From positions 3,136,001 through 3,200,000 of the forward strand of contig CAWCKH010000004.1 in NCBI GenBank assembly GCA_963796055.1: DNA of 64,000 bases. Direction: 5' to 3'. Shown in pieces: positions 40,054 through 48,167 of this stretch. Both the position numbers and the translations under genes were made by a program. The stretch comes from an uncultured delta proteobacterium. GTDB taxonomy: Bacteria > Myxococcota > Myxococcia > Myxococcales > Myxococcaceae. Position 1 is the stretch's first letter. The number at the start of each line of letters is the position of its first letter. The notes under the pieces were generated by a model that was given only the letters and a program-made list of their open reading frames with translations, did not search any database and was not told where the DNA came from.

Positions 40054-41844
40054 TCAGCGCGCGTTCTGCCCGGCGATCCAGGCGTCGATGCGCCGCTCGA
40101 GCACGTCCAGGGGCAGCGAGCCCTGGAGCAGCACCGCATCGTGGAACGCGCGCACGTCGAACCGGGGGCCGAGCGCCTTCTCCGCCCGGGTGCGGAGCTC
40201 GCGAATCTTCAGCTGCCCGATCTTGTAGGCCAGCGCCTGACCCGGGTAGACGATGTACCGGTCCACCTCGTTGGTGACGTCCAGCTCCGGTCGCGGGGTG
40301 TTCTCCAGGAAGTACTGGATGGCGCGGGCGCGGCTCCAGCTCTTGACGTGCATTCCGGTGTCCACCACCAGTCGCACCGCCCGCCACATCTCGTACACCA
40401 GCTGCCCGAACTCGTCGGTGGGCTCGTCGACCAGGCCGAGCTCGCTGGCCAGGGTCTCCGAGTAGAGGGCCCAGCCCTCACCGAACGCCGAGTGGTACAG
40501 GTGTCGTCGGAAGGTGGGCAGATCCCGCTGCTCCGCGGCGAGGGCGGTCTGCAGATGGTGGCCGGGCACCGCCTCGTGCAGGGTGAGCGGGACCATCTCC
40601 CAGCGGGGACGCGTCTCCGGGTGGTAGGTGTTCACCCAGTAGGTGCCGGCGCGAGACCCGTCCTCGGCGCCTGCGTAGTAGAAGCCGGTCGGCGCGTCCG
40701 GCGCCATCGCCGCCGGTGTGGGCTCCACGCCGTACGGCGCGCGGGGCAACGTCCCGAACAGCCGCACCAGCTTGGGGTCGATGCGCTTGGCCAGGTCGCG
40801 CGAGTGCAGGAGCAGCTCGGCGCCGGTCTTGAAGAAATAGCGCGGGTCGGTGCGCAGATGCTGGAAGTACTCGGCCAGGGTTCCCTTGAAGCCCGCCCTC
40901 GCCTTCACCGCCTCCATCGCGGCCCGGATGCGGGCCACCTCCGCCAGCCCCAGCTGGTGCGCCTGCTCCGCGGTGATGGCGGTGGTCGTGTAGTGCTGCA
41001 CCGACCACTGGTAGATGCGCTGCCCGTTGGGCCAGCGGCCCACGCCAACCTCTGCCGGCGCAGCGGGGAGGTATGTCCCGACCACGAAGTCCCGGAGGCG
41101 CCCGTATGCCGGCTGGACCCGTTCCCGGATCAGTCGCTCGGCGGTCTGGGCAAGCGTCTTCCGCTCGGCCTCGGGGAGCGAGGCCGGCATGTGGGCGAAG
41201 GGCGCGTAGAAGGAGGTCGCCACCGGGGCGGCGGCGAGGAGCGCATCGAGCTGCGGCGGAATGCGTTCCAGCGTCACCTTCGGCCACACCATGTTGCGAC
41301 GAACACCTTCCTGGAGGAGGGCGATGGTCTGGTCGACGTAGGCGCCGAACCCGTCCAGCCGAGCCATCCAGTCCCGGTAGTCCTCGAGGGTGGTGAAGCG
41401 CAGCTGTCCCGCGAGCTCTCCCGCGTTCTGCACCCCTGGGAACTCCCCGGTGCCCTCGGGAAGGCCACGCATGTGGTTCAGCGGGAGGAGGTGCAGCCCG
41501 AGCGCGTGGGCCTCGATGCGCTCACGGTGCTCGCGGCCGATGAGCTCGGCGTCGAGCCGGTCGGCCTCGGACAGCTTGCCCCGAGTCGCCTTGGCGAGCT
41601 TGTCCAGAAAGGCCACGTCGTGCTGGTGGTCGGCCTCGATGCCTGCCGCCGACAGGTCGTCCCACCGGTCGTTCCAGCGCCGATCGCCGAGGATGGAGGC
41701 GTAGGTCGGGCTTCGCGAGAGGTGATGCTGCCAGTCCTCGGCAAGCAGCGTCGCCAGGGCAGGGGAGGGTCGAGCCTCGGCCGCCGGGGCCGGTGCGGAG
41801 AGGAGCGGGGCCATGAGGAGGATCACCCGGGGCCAGGGGGTCAT
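40054..41844 (-). CDS. DUF885 family exported protein (putative metallopeptidase)
   Basis: Signal peptide; HEAVPGHHLQ, EGWALYSE, RAVRLVVDTGMH, PGQALAYKIG. Confidence 0.9.
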   Translation of the reverse strand: MTPWPRVILLMAPLLSAPAPAAEARPSPALATLLAEDWQHHLSRSPTYASILGDRRWNDRWDDLSAAGIEADHQHDVAFLDKLAKATRGKLSEADRLDAELIGREHRERIEAHALGLHLLPLNHMRGLPEGTGEFPGVQNAGELAGQLRFTTLEDYRDWMARLDGFGAYVDQTIALLQEGVRRNMVWPKVTLERIPPQLDALLAAAPVATSFYAPFAHMPASLPEAERKTLAQTAERLIRERVQPAYGRLRDFVVGTYLPAAPAEVGVGRWPNGQRIYQWSVQHYTTTAITAEQAHQLGLAEVARIRAAMEAVKARAGFKGTLAEYFQHLRTDPRYFFKTGAELLLHSRDLAKRIDPKLVRLFGTLPRAPYGVEPTPAAMAPDAPTGFYYAGAEDGSRAGTYWVNTYHPETRPRWEMVPLTLHEAVPGHHLQTALAAEQRDLPTFRRHLYHSAFGEGWALYSETLASELGLVDEPTDEFGQLVYEMWRAVRLVVDTGMHVKSWSRARAIQYFLENTPRPELDVTNEVDRYIVYPGQALAYKIGQLKIRELRTRAEKALGPRFDVRAFHDAVLLQGSLPLDVLERRIDAWIAGQNAR

Positions 41845-41937
41845 GGACCGTTCCCTCTACCCCAGGCGGGATTGCTTGACAGCCCTCGCCGGTGTCCTCC
41901 TTGATGTCCGGGCCGTCGTTCGTCGCGGGGAGGGGAG

Positions 41938-42408
41938 ATGGGCAAGGTGCGGGTCCGTGCCCCCCAGGATCTGGTGGCCGGTGCGAGCCTGGTGGCGGTG
42001 TCCCTGTTCGCGCTCTGGGCGGCCGCGCCGCTCGCCACCGGCCGGCTCGGCGCGCCTGGCCCCGGGCTCCTGCCGCGGGTGCTGGCGGTCCTGCTCGGCG
42101 CCTGTGGCCTCTCCCTCTGCGTGCTGTCGCTGGTCCGGGCTGGTGAGCCGCTGGGGCGATGGCCGCTGCGCGGGCCGCTCCTGATCTGCCTGGCGGTGAT
42201 GGCCTTCGCGCTCACCATCCGGGTCCCGGGGCTGGCGGTGGCCGGCCCGCTGGCGATGCTGGTCTCGGGCGCCGCCTCGCCGGAGACCCGCTGGCGGGAG
42301 CTGGCGATCTTCTCGGTGGCGGTGACCGCGGTCTGCATCGGGCTCTTCCGCTCGCTGCTCCACCTGCCGATCCCCATCTTGGTGATTCCCGGAAAGTTCA
42401 CCTTCTAG
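41938..42408 (+). CDS. tctB: Tripartite tricarboxylate transporter small subunit TctB
   Basis: GPGLLPR motif; 4-5 TMs; lies upstream of tctA. Confidence 0.82.
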   Translation: MGKVRVRAPQDLVAGASLVAVSLFALWAAAPLATGRLGAPGPGLLPRVLAVLLGACGLSLCVLSLVRAGEPLGRWPLRGPLLICLAVMAFALTIRVPGLAVAGPLAMLVSGAASPETRWRELAIFSVAVTAVCIGLFRSLLHLPIPILVIPGKFTF

Positions 42409-42421
42409 CGCGCGCCCGCCG

Positions 42422-43924
42422 ATGAGCACCCTCCTCACCAACCTTTCGCTGGGATTCTCGGTGGCCTTCACCCTGCACAACCTCGGGCTGTGCTTCCTGG
42501 GGTGTCTGGTCGGCACGCTGATCGGTGTGCTCCCGGGCATCGGGCCGATCGCCACCATCACCATGCTGCTCCCGGTGACCTTCGGGCTGCCGCCGGTGGG
42601 AGCGTTGATCATGCTCGCCGGCATCTATTACGGCGCGCAGTACGGGGGCTCCACCACCGCAATTCTGGTCAATATCCCAGGCGAGGTGACCTCGGTGGTC
42701 ACCACGCTCGACGGCCACCAGATGGCGCGCCAGGGCCGGGCCGGGGTGGCGCTGGGCATCGCCGCGCTCGGCTCGTTCTTCGCCGGATGCGTGGCGACCC
42801 TGATCATCGCTGCGCTCGCGGTCCCCCTCACCCGGGTGGCGCTGCTCTTCGGGCCGGCGGAGTACGCGGCGCTGATGACCACCGGCCTGGCGTTCGCGGT
42901 GGTCCTCGCCCGCGGATCGATTCTCAAGTCGATCGCCATGGTGGTCCTGGGGCTGCTTCTCTCCACGGTGGGGGACGATCTCGAGACCGGGGCCGAGCGG
43001 ATGACCTTCGGGATCACCTCGCTGTCGGACGGCTTCGACTTCGCGGTGCTGGCGATGGGGCTGTTCGGGTTCGCCGAGGTGATGCGCAACTTGACGATGG
43101 AGCAGTCCCGCGACGTGGTGCACGGCGCCATCGGCCGGCTCCTGCCCGGAGTCGCGGACCTCCGCCAGTCCGCGGCGCCGATCGTCCGCGGGACCTTCCT
43201 CGGGGCGTTGCTGGGCATCCTTCCGGGCAACGGCGCGGTGCTCGGACCGTTCGCCTCGTACGCCCTGGAGAAGAAGCTCGCCCGCGACCCCAGCCGCTTC
43301 GGCCGGGGGGCCATCGAGGGAGTGGCGGGGCCGGAGTCGGCCAACAACGCCGGCGCCCAGACCTCCTTCATCCCGCTGCTCACTCTCGGCATCCCGCCCA
43401 ACGCGGTGATGGCCCTGATGGTCGGAGCGATGACCATCCACGGCATCGTCCCCGGGCCGCTGGTGATGACCCGGAACCCCGGCCTGTTCTGGGGCGTCAT
43501 CGCCAGCATGTGGCTCGGCAATCTCATGCTCCTGGTCATCAACCTCCCGCTGATCGGCGTCTGGGTCCGGTTCCTCAAGGTGCCGTACCGTTTGATGTTC
43601 CCGGCCATCGTCATCGTCTGCTGCGTGGGCATCTACTCGGTGAACAACTCGGCGGGAGACGTGCTCCTCACCGCCTTCGTCGCCCTCTTCGGCTACGCCG
43701 CATCGCGGCTGGGGTTCGAGAGCGCGCCGTTGCTCCTGGGATTCGTGCTCGGGCGACTGCTGGAGGAGAACCTCCGGCGCGCGCTGGCCATCTCCCGCGG
43801 CGACCTGACCGTCTTCGTCACCCGCCCGGTGAGCGCCTGGCTCCTCTTCACCGGGCTGATCGTCCTGGTGGTGGCCGTGCTTCCCAACATCCGCGCGCGT
43901 CGGGAAGAGGTATTCGTGGAGTAA
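42422..43924 (+). CDS. tctA: Tripartite tricarboxylate transporter permease TctA
   Basis: GVLPGIG, YYGAQYGGSTTAILVNIPG, GPESANNA, LTLGIP. Confidence 0.93.
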   Translation: MSTLLTNLSLGFSVAFTLHNLGLCFLGCLVGTLIGVLPGIGPIATITMLLPVTFGLPPVGALIMLAGIYYGAQYGGSTTAILVNIPGEVTSVVTTLDGHQMARQGRAGVALGIAALGSFFAGCVATLIIAALAVPLTRVALLFGPAEYAALMTTGLAFAVVLARGSILKSIAMVVLGLLLSTVGDDLETGAERMTFGITSLSDGFDFAVLAMGLFGFAEVMRNLTMEQSRDVVHGAIGRLLPGVADLRQSAAPIVRGTFLGALLGILPGNGAVLGPFASYALEKKLARDPSRFGRGAIEGVAGPESANNAGAQTSFIPLLTLGIPPNAVMALMVGAMTIHGIVPGPLVMTRNPGLFWGVIASMWLGNLMLLVINLPLIGVWVRFLKVPYRLMFPAIVIVCCVGIYSVNNSAGDVLLTAFVALFGYAASRLGFESAPLLLGFVLGRLLEENLRRALAISRGDLTVFVTRPVSAWLLFTGLIVLVVAVLPNIRARREEVFVE

Positions 43925-43949
43925 GCCCTTCTCATCTGGAGGTGACGTC

Positions 43950-44924
43950 ATGAAGCTTCGTCTGCTGATGCTCGCCGCAGTGCTCGCCGTCCCCCTGTCC
44001 GGGAGGGCGGCATACCCGGAACGTCCCATCACCCTGATCGTCCCCTTCGCCGCCGGAGGCCCGACGGACGTGGTGGCGCGCATCGTGGGCGAGAACATGT
44101 CGAAGACGCTCGGCCAGCAAGTGGTGGTGGAGAACGTCGCCGGGGCCGGGGGAACCACCGGAGCGACGCGAGCGGCGCAGGCCACGCCGGACGGCTACAC
44201 GCTGATCATGGGCCACATGGGGACCCACGGTGCGGCGCCCGCGGTGTACCCGAACCTCAAGTACGACCCGGTGAAGAGCTTCCAGCCCATCGGCCTGGCG
44301 GCGGGCACGCCAATCGTGATCGTGGCCAAGAAGAGCTTCCCGGCGAAGGACCTCAAGGAGTTCGTCGCTTACGTGAAGGCCAACTCGGCGAAGCTGAACG
44401 AGGCCCACGCTGGGGTGGGCTCGGTCTCGTTCACCACCTGTGCCCTCCTCAACTCGCTGCTCGGCGCGAAGCCCACCCGGGTCGTGTACCGCGGCACCGG
44501 GCCGGCGCTGAACGACCTGGTCTCCGGCCAGGTCGACTACATGTGCGACCAGATCGTGAACCTGGTGCCGCAGATCCAGGCCGGCACCATCAAGGCCTAC
44601 GCGGTGGCCCTGCCCCAGCGCTCGCCCGCCCTGCCCGACGTCCCCACCACCAAGGAGGCCGGGCTCCCCGAGTTCCAGGTGTCGGCGTGGAACGCCATCT
44701 TCGCCCCGAAGGGCACGCCGCCCGAGGTGGTGAGCAAGCTCAGCGGGGCGCTCCGCAAGGCACTGGCCGACGAGGGCACCCGGAAGCGCCTCCTCGAGCT
44801 CGGCGCGGACCTCTCCAACACCGCCGCCCAGACTCCCGAGGGGCTGGCCAAGCTGGTGGAGAGCGAGGTCGCGCGGTGGAAGAAGGTGCTCGCCTCGGTG
44901 GCGGCGAGCCCCGCGCCGAAGTAG
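43950..44924 (+). CDS. tctC: Tripartite tricarboxylate transporter substrate-binding protein (Bug/TctC)
   Basis: YPERPITLIVPFAAGGPTD, VENVAGAGG, PDGYT, LPDVPT. Confidence 0.93.
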   Translation: MKLRLLMLAAVLAVPLSGRAAYPERPITLIVPFAAGGPTDVVARIVGENMSKTLGQQVVVENVAGAGGTTGATRAAQATPDGYTLIMGHMGTHGAAPAVYPNLKYDPVKSFQPIGLAAGTPIVIVAKKSFPAKDLKEFVAYVKANSAKLNEAHAGVGSVSFTTCALLNSLLGAKPTRVVYRGTGPALNDLVSGQVDYMCDQIVNLVPQIQAGTIKAYAVALPQRSPALPDVPTTKEAGLPEFQVSAWNAIFAPKGTPPEVVSKLSGALRKALADEGTRKRLLELGADLSNTAAQTPEGLAKLVESEVARWKKVLASVAASPAPK

Positions 44925-44990
44925 GCCCTGCAATGGAAGATTGGTCGAACGTGCGTCCGATGAACGATCACTCCCTCGGCGGCTGGGAGC

Positions 44991-47744
44991 TCAGCTGCAA
45001 CCGCTGGTGGCGCCGCAGTTGTTGCATTTGTAGCAGGCGCCGCTCCGGTACATGATCGCCCCGCACGTGTGGCACGGCGGTGCGTCCTGCTGGTTGAGGA
45101 ACGCCTGCCGCGGCGCGGCTTCCACCGGGTCGGGAGTCCGCTCCGGCGCCGGGGTGGGCAGGGCCCGGACCTCCGGCGCGGCGTCGGCGTCCACCCCCTC
45201 CTCCAGCGCCGGCTTGTCGAACTTCAACGACAGCCAGCGGAAGATGTAGTCGGTGATCGACTTGGCGATGGGGATGTCCGGGTTGCCGGTAAAGCCGGAC
45301 GGCTCGAAGCGGGTGTGGCTGAACTTGTCCGCCAGGACTTGAAGGGGCACCCCGTACTGCAGGGAGAGCGAGATCGCGGTGGCGAAGCTGTCCATCAGCC
45401 CCGACACCACCGAGCCCTCCTTGGCCATCACCACGAACAGCTCGCCCGGCGTGCCGTCGTCGTACATCCCCACCGTCAGATAGCCCTCGTGGCCGCCGAT
45501 GCTGAACTTGTGGGTGATGCTCCGGCGCTCGTCCGGGAGCCGCCGGCGCACCGCGCGGGTGGCCTCGGGCGGGGTGGCCTCGACCTTCGCCTCCTCCTTC
45601 TTGGAGGTGTTGAGCGGCTGGCTGCGCTTGCAGCCGTCGCGGTACACCGCCACCGCCTTCAGCCCGAGCTTCCAGGCCTCGAGGTATGCCTCCTCGATGT
45701 CCTGCACCGTGGCCGCGTTGGGCAGGTTCACCGTCTTGCTGATCGCGCCGGAGAGGAAGGGCTGGGTGGCTCCCATCATCCGGAGGTGGCCGAGGTAGTG
45801 GATGCTCCGCTCGCCCTTGGCCGGCTTGAAGGCGCAGTCGAACACCGGGAGGTGCTCCGGCTTCAGCCCCGGGGCGCCCTCGATGGTCTCCCGCTGGTCG
45901 AGGAACTGGACGATCGACTGGGCCTCGGTGGTGCTGTAGCCGAGCCGCTGCAGCGCGAGCGGGACGGTGTTGTTGACGATCTTCAGCATCCCCCCGCCGA
46001 CCAGCTTCTTGTACTTGATGAGCGCGATGTCCGGCTCGATGCCGGTGGTGTCGCAGTCCATCATGAAGCCGATGGTGCCGGTGGGGGCGAGCACCGTGAC
46101 CTGGCTGTTCCGGTAGCCGAACTCGCTCCCCACGGCGAACGCCTCGTCCCACACCGCCCGCTGGGCGGCGAAGAGCTCCTTGGCCACGCCCTCCGGCGCG
46201 ACCTGGTAGGCGGCCCGGCGGTGCTTGCCGATGACGTGGAGCATGGGCTCGGCGTTCTTGGCGTAGCCGCTGAACGCCCCCATCTTCTCCGCCATCTTCG
46301 CCGACATCCGGTACGCCTCGCCGCACATCAAGGAGGTGACCGCCGCGGCGTAGTTCCGGCCCTGGTCCGAGTCGTACGGCAGACCAGAGGCCATGAGCAG
46401 CGCGCCGAGGTTGGCGTAGCCGAGCCCCAGGGGCCGGTAGGCGTGGCTGTTCACCTCGATCTTCTGGGTGGGGTACTTGCTGAACCCGACGATGATCTCC
46501 TGCGCCAGGAGCACCACGTCCACCGCGTGCTTGAACGCCTCGACGTCGAAGCTGCCGTCGAGCGGGCTGCGGAAGAGCATGAGGTTGAGCGACGCCAGGT
46601 TGCAGGCCGAGTCGTCGAGGAACATGTACTCGGAGCAGGGATTGCTGGCGTTGATCCGCGCGGTGTTGGGGCAGGTGTGCCACTCGTTCACCGTGGTGTC
46701 GAACTGCAGCCCCGGGTCACCGCAGAGCCACGCCGCCCCGGAGATCTCCCGGAAGAGATCCCTCGCCCGGTAGGTCTCCATGGGCCGGCCGTCGCGGACC
46801 GCATGCGTTTGCCACGCCTGGTCCTCCACCACCGCCTTCATGAAGCCGTCCGTCACCCGGACCGAGTTGTTCGAGTTCTGGAAGAAGATCGAGCCGTAGG
46901 CCTCGCCGGTGAACCTGCCGTCGTAACCGGCGTCGATGAGCGCCCAGGCCTTCTTCTCCTCCTCCGCCTTGCAGCGGATGAACTCGAGGATGTCCGGGTG
47001 GTCGGCGTTGAGGATGACCATCTTCGCCGCGCGCCGGGTCTTCCCCCCGCTCTTGATCACCCCGGCGAAGGCGTCGAAGCCCTTCATGAACGACACCGGA
47101 CCGGAGGCGGTGCCGCCGCCCGCCAGCAACTCCTTGCTGGAGCGGATGGGCGACAGGTTGCTGCCGGTGCCGCTGCCGTACTTGAAGAGCATCCCCTCGG
47201 TCTTGGCCAGCCCGAGGATGCTCTCCATCGAGTCCTCGACCGAATTGATGAAGCAGGCCGAGCACTGCGGGTGGGACTCCACGCCCACGTTGAACCAGAC
47301 CGGTGAGTTGAAGGCCGCCTTCTGGCGCAGCAGCAGATGGGTGAGCTCGGCGTGGAAGGTCAGCCGGTCGGTCTCGGTGGCGAAGTAGCCGCCCTCCTGG
47401 CCCCAGCGGGTGAGGGTGTCCACCACCCGGGCGACCAGCTTCCTGACGCTGCTCTCGCGCTCGGGCGTGCCCGGGGTGCCCCGGAAGTACTTCGAGGCGA
47501 CCACGTTGGTGGCGAGCATCGACCAGGACTTGGGGACCTCGATGTTCTTCTGCTCGAAGACCACCTTCCCGTCCTCGCCGGTGATGCCGGCGGTCCGGTA
47601 CTCCCAGGCCATCTCGTCGGCCGGGTCCACCCCCGGGGTGGTGAAGAAGCGCGGAATGACCAGGCCGCCACCGCGCACCGCCGCCCTGCGCTCCTTCGCC
47701 TGCTTCCGCTCCTTCGATGCCGGGGACTTCAGCTCACGCTCCAT
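44991..47744 (-). CDS. nrdJ: Adenosylcobalamin-dependent (class II) ribonucleotide reductase with a C-terminal TSCPD/zinc-ribbon region
   Basis: FNSPVWFN, CSACFI, SNPCSEY, ACNLASLN, APTGTI, ISKTVN, YRDGCK; C-terminal CHTC...CNNCG; AGGAG ribosome site before ATG 47744. Confidence 0.95.
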   Translation of the reverse strand: MERELKSPASKERKQAKERRAAVRGGGLVIPRFFTTPGVDPADEMAWEYRTAGITGEDGKVVFEQKNIEVPKSWSMLATNVVASKYFRGTPGTPERESSVRKLVARVVDTLTRWGQEGGYFATETDRLTFHAELTHLLLRQKAAFNSPVWFNVGVESHPQCSACFINSVEDSMESILGLAKTEGMLFKYGSGTGSNLSPIRSSKELLAGGGTASGPVSFMKGFDAFAGVIKSGGKTRRAAKMVILNADHPDILEFIRCKAEEEKKAWALIDAGYDGRFTGEAYGSIFFQNSNNSVRVTDGFMKAVVEDQAWQTHAVRDGRPMETYRARDLFREISGAAWLCGDPGLQFDTTVNEWHTCPNTARINASNPCSEYMFLDDSACNLASLNLMLFRSPLDGSFDVEAFKHAVDVVLLAQEIIVGFSKYPTQKIEVNSHAYRPLGLGYANLGALLMASGLPYDSDQGRNYAAAVTSLMCGEAYRMSAKMAEKMGAFSGYAKNAEPMLHVIGKHRRAAYQVAPEGVAKELFAAQRAVWDEAFAVGSEFGYRNSQVTVLAPTGTIGFMMDCDTTGIEPDIALIKYKKLVGGGMLKIVNNTVPLALQRLGYSTTEAQSIVQFLDQRETIEGAPGLKPEHLPVFDCAFKPAKGERSIHYLGHLRMMGATQPFLSGAISKTVNLPNAATVQDIEEAYLEAWKLGLKAVAVYRDGCKRSQPLNTSKKEEAKVEATPPEATRAVRRRLPDERRSITHKFSIGGHEGYLTVGMYDDGTPGELFVVMAKEGSVVSGLMDSFATAISLSLQYGVPLQVLADKFSHTRFEPSGFTGNPDIPIAKSITDYIFRWLSLKFDKPALEEGVDADAAPEVRALPTPAPERTPDPVEAAPRQAFLNQQDAPPCHTCGAIMYRSGACYKCNNCGATSGCS

Positions 47745-47908
47745 GGACTCTCCTGAAACTAACCGTTGAAGGCGCACGGATCTCGGCCGTTCGCCCCCTC
47801 ATGGGAGCGGCCGGAACCCGTTGCGGATGGGGTGGGATGGGAGCGGCGGCGAGACGACTTCTCGTTCTCTTTTTCGGCGCTTCGGAGGCGCCGCCGTGCG
47901 TGGAACCG

Positions 47909-47937
47909 ATGAAACCGCGGAGCGAACAGGCTGTCAA
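47909..47937 (-). promoter_or_regulatory. Putative sigma70 promoter of nrdJ
   Basis: Minus strand TTGACA-17 bp-TTTCAT. Confidence 0.55.
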
Positions 47938-47955
47938 GCGCCTGACCGCTCAAAA

Positions 47956-48003
47956 GCTCAACCTGTAGGGGGGCTCTGTTCGCCAACACTCAACGTGTTG
48001 AGG
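47956..48003. promoter_or_regulatory. Tandem NrdR boxes
   Basis: GCTCAACCTGTAGGGG (47956-47971) and near-palindromic ACTCAACGTGTTGAGG (47988-48003), 32 bp apart, upstream of an RNR gene. Confidence 0.65.
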
Positions 48004-48167
48004 TGCACCGTGTCTCCCCTGTGCTGCACGGTCATGGCGTCCCCTGGGCGATTCGGCTCGCCTCCGAGGAGTCCGGAGGCAGGGATCGAACATCCCTCGG
48101 GGGTCTGACAGCGGTGGCGATGGTGCCTTTGCCGTCGGCATCGCGTCAGGCACCGCTCTGGCGCCGC

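Noticed and set aside
44991..47744. Intein or intron in nrdJ
   Set aside because: The ORF is continuous with normal motif spacing and no visible splice-junction or homing-endonuclease motifs.
48040..48160. tRNA-like cluster of hairpins
   Set aside because: No TTCGA T-loop in proper cloverleaf context and no CCA end; short stems are expected at this GC.
47745..48167. Cobalamin riboswitch upstream of nrdJ
   Set aside because: No recognisable B12 box or conserved GGGAA/GCCACUG core.
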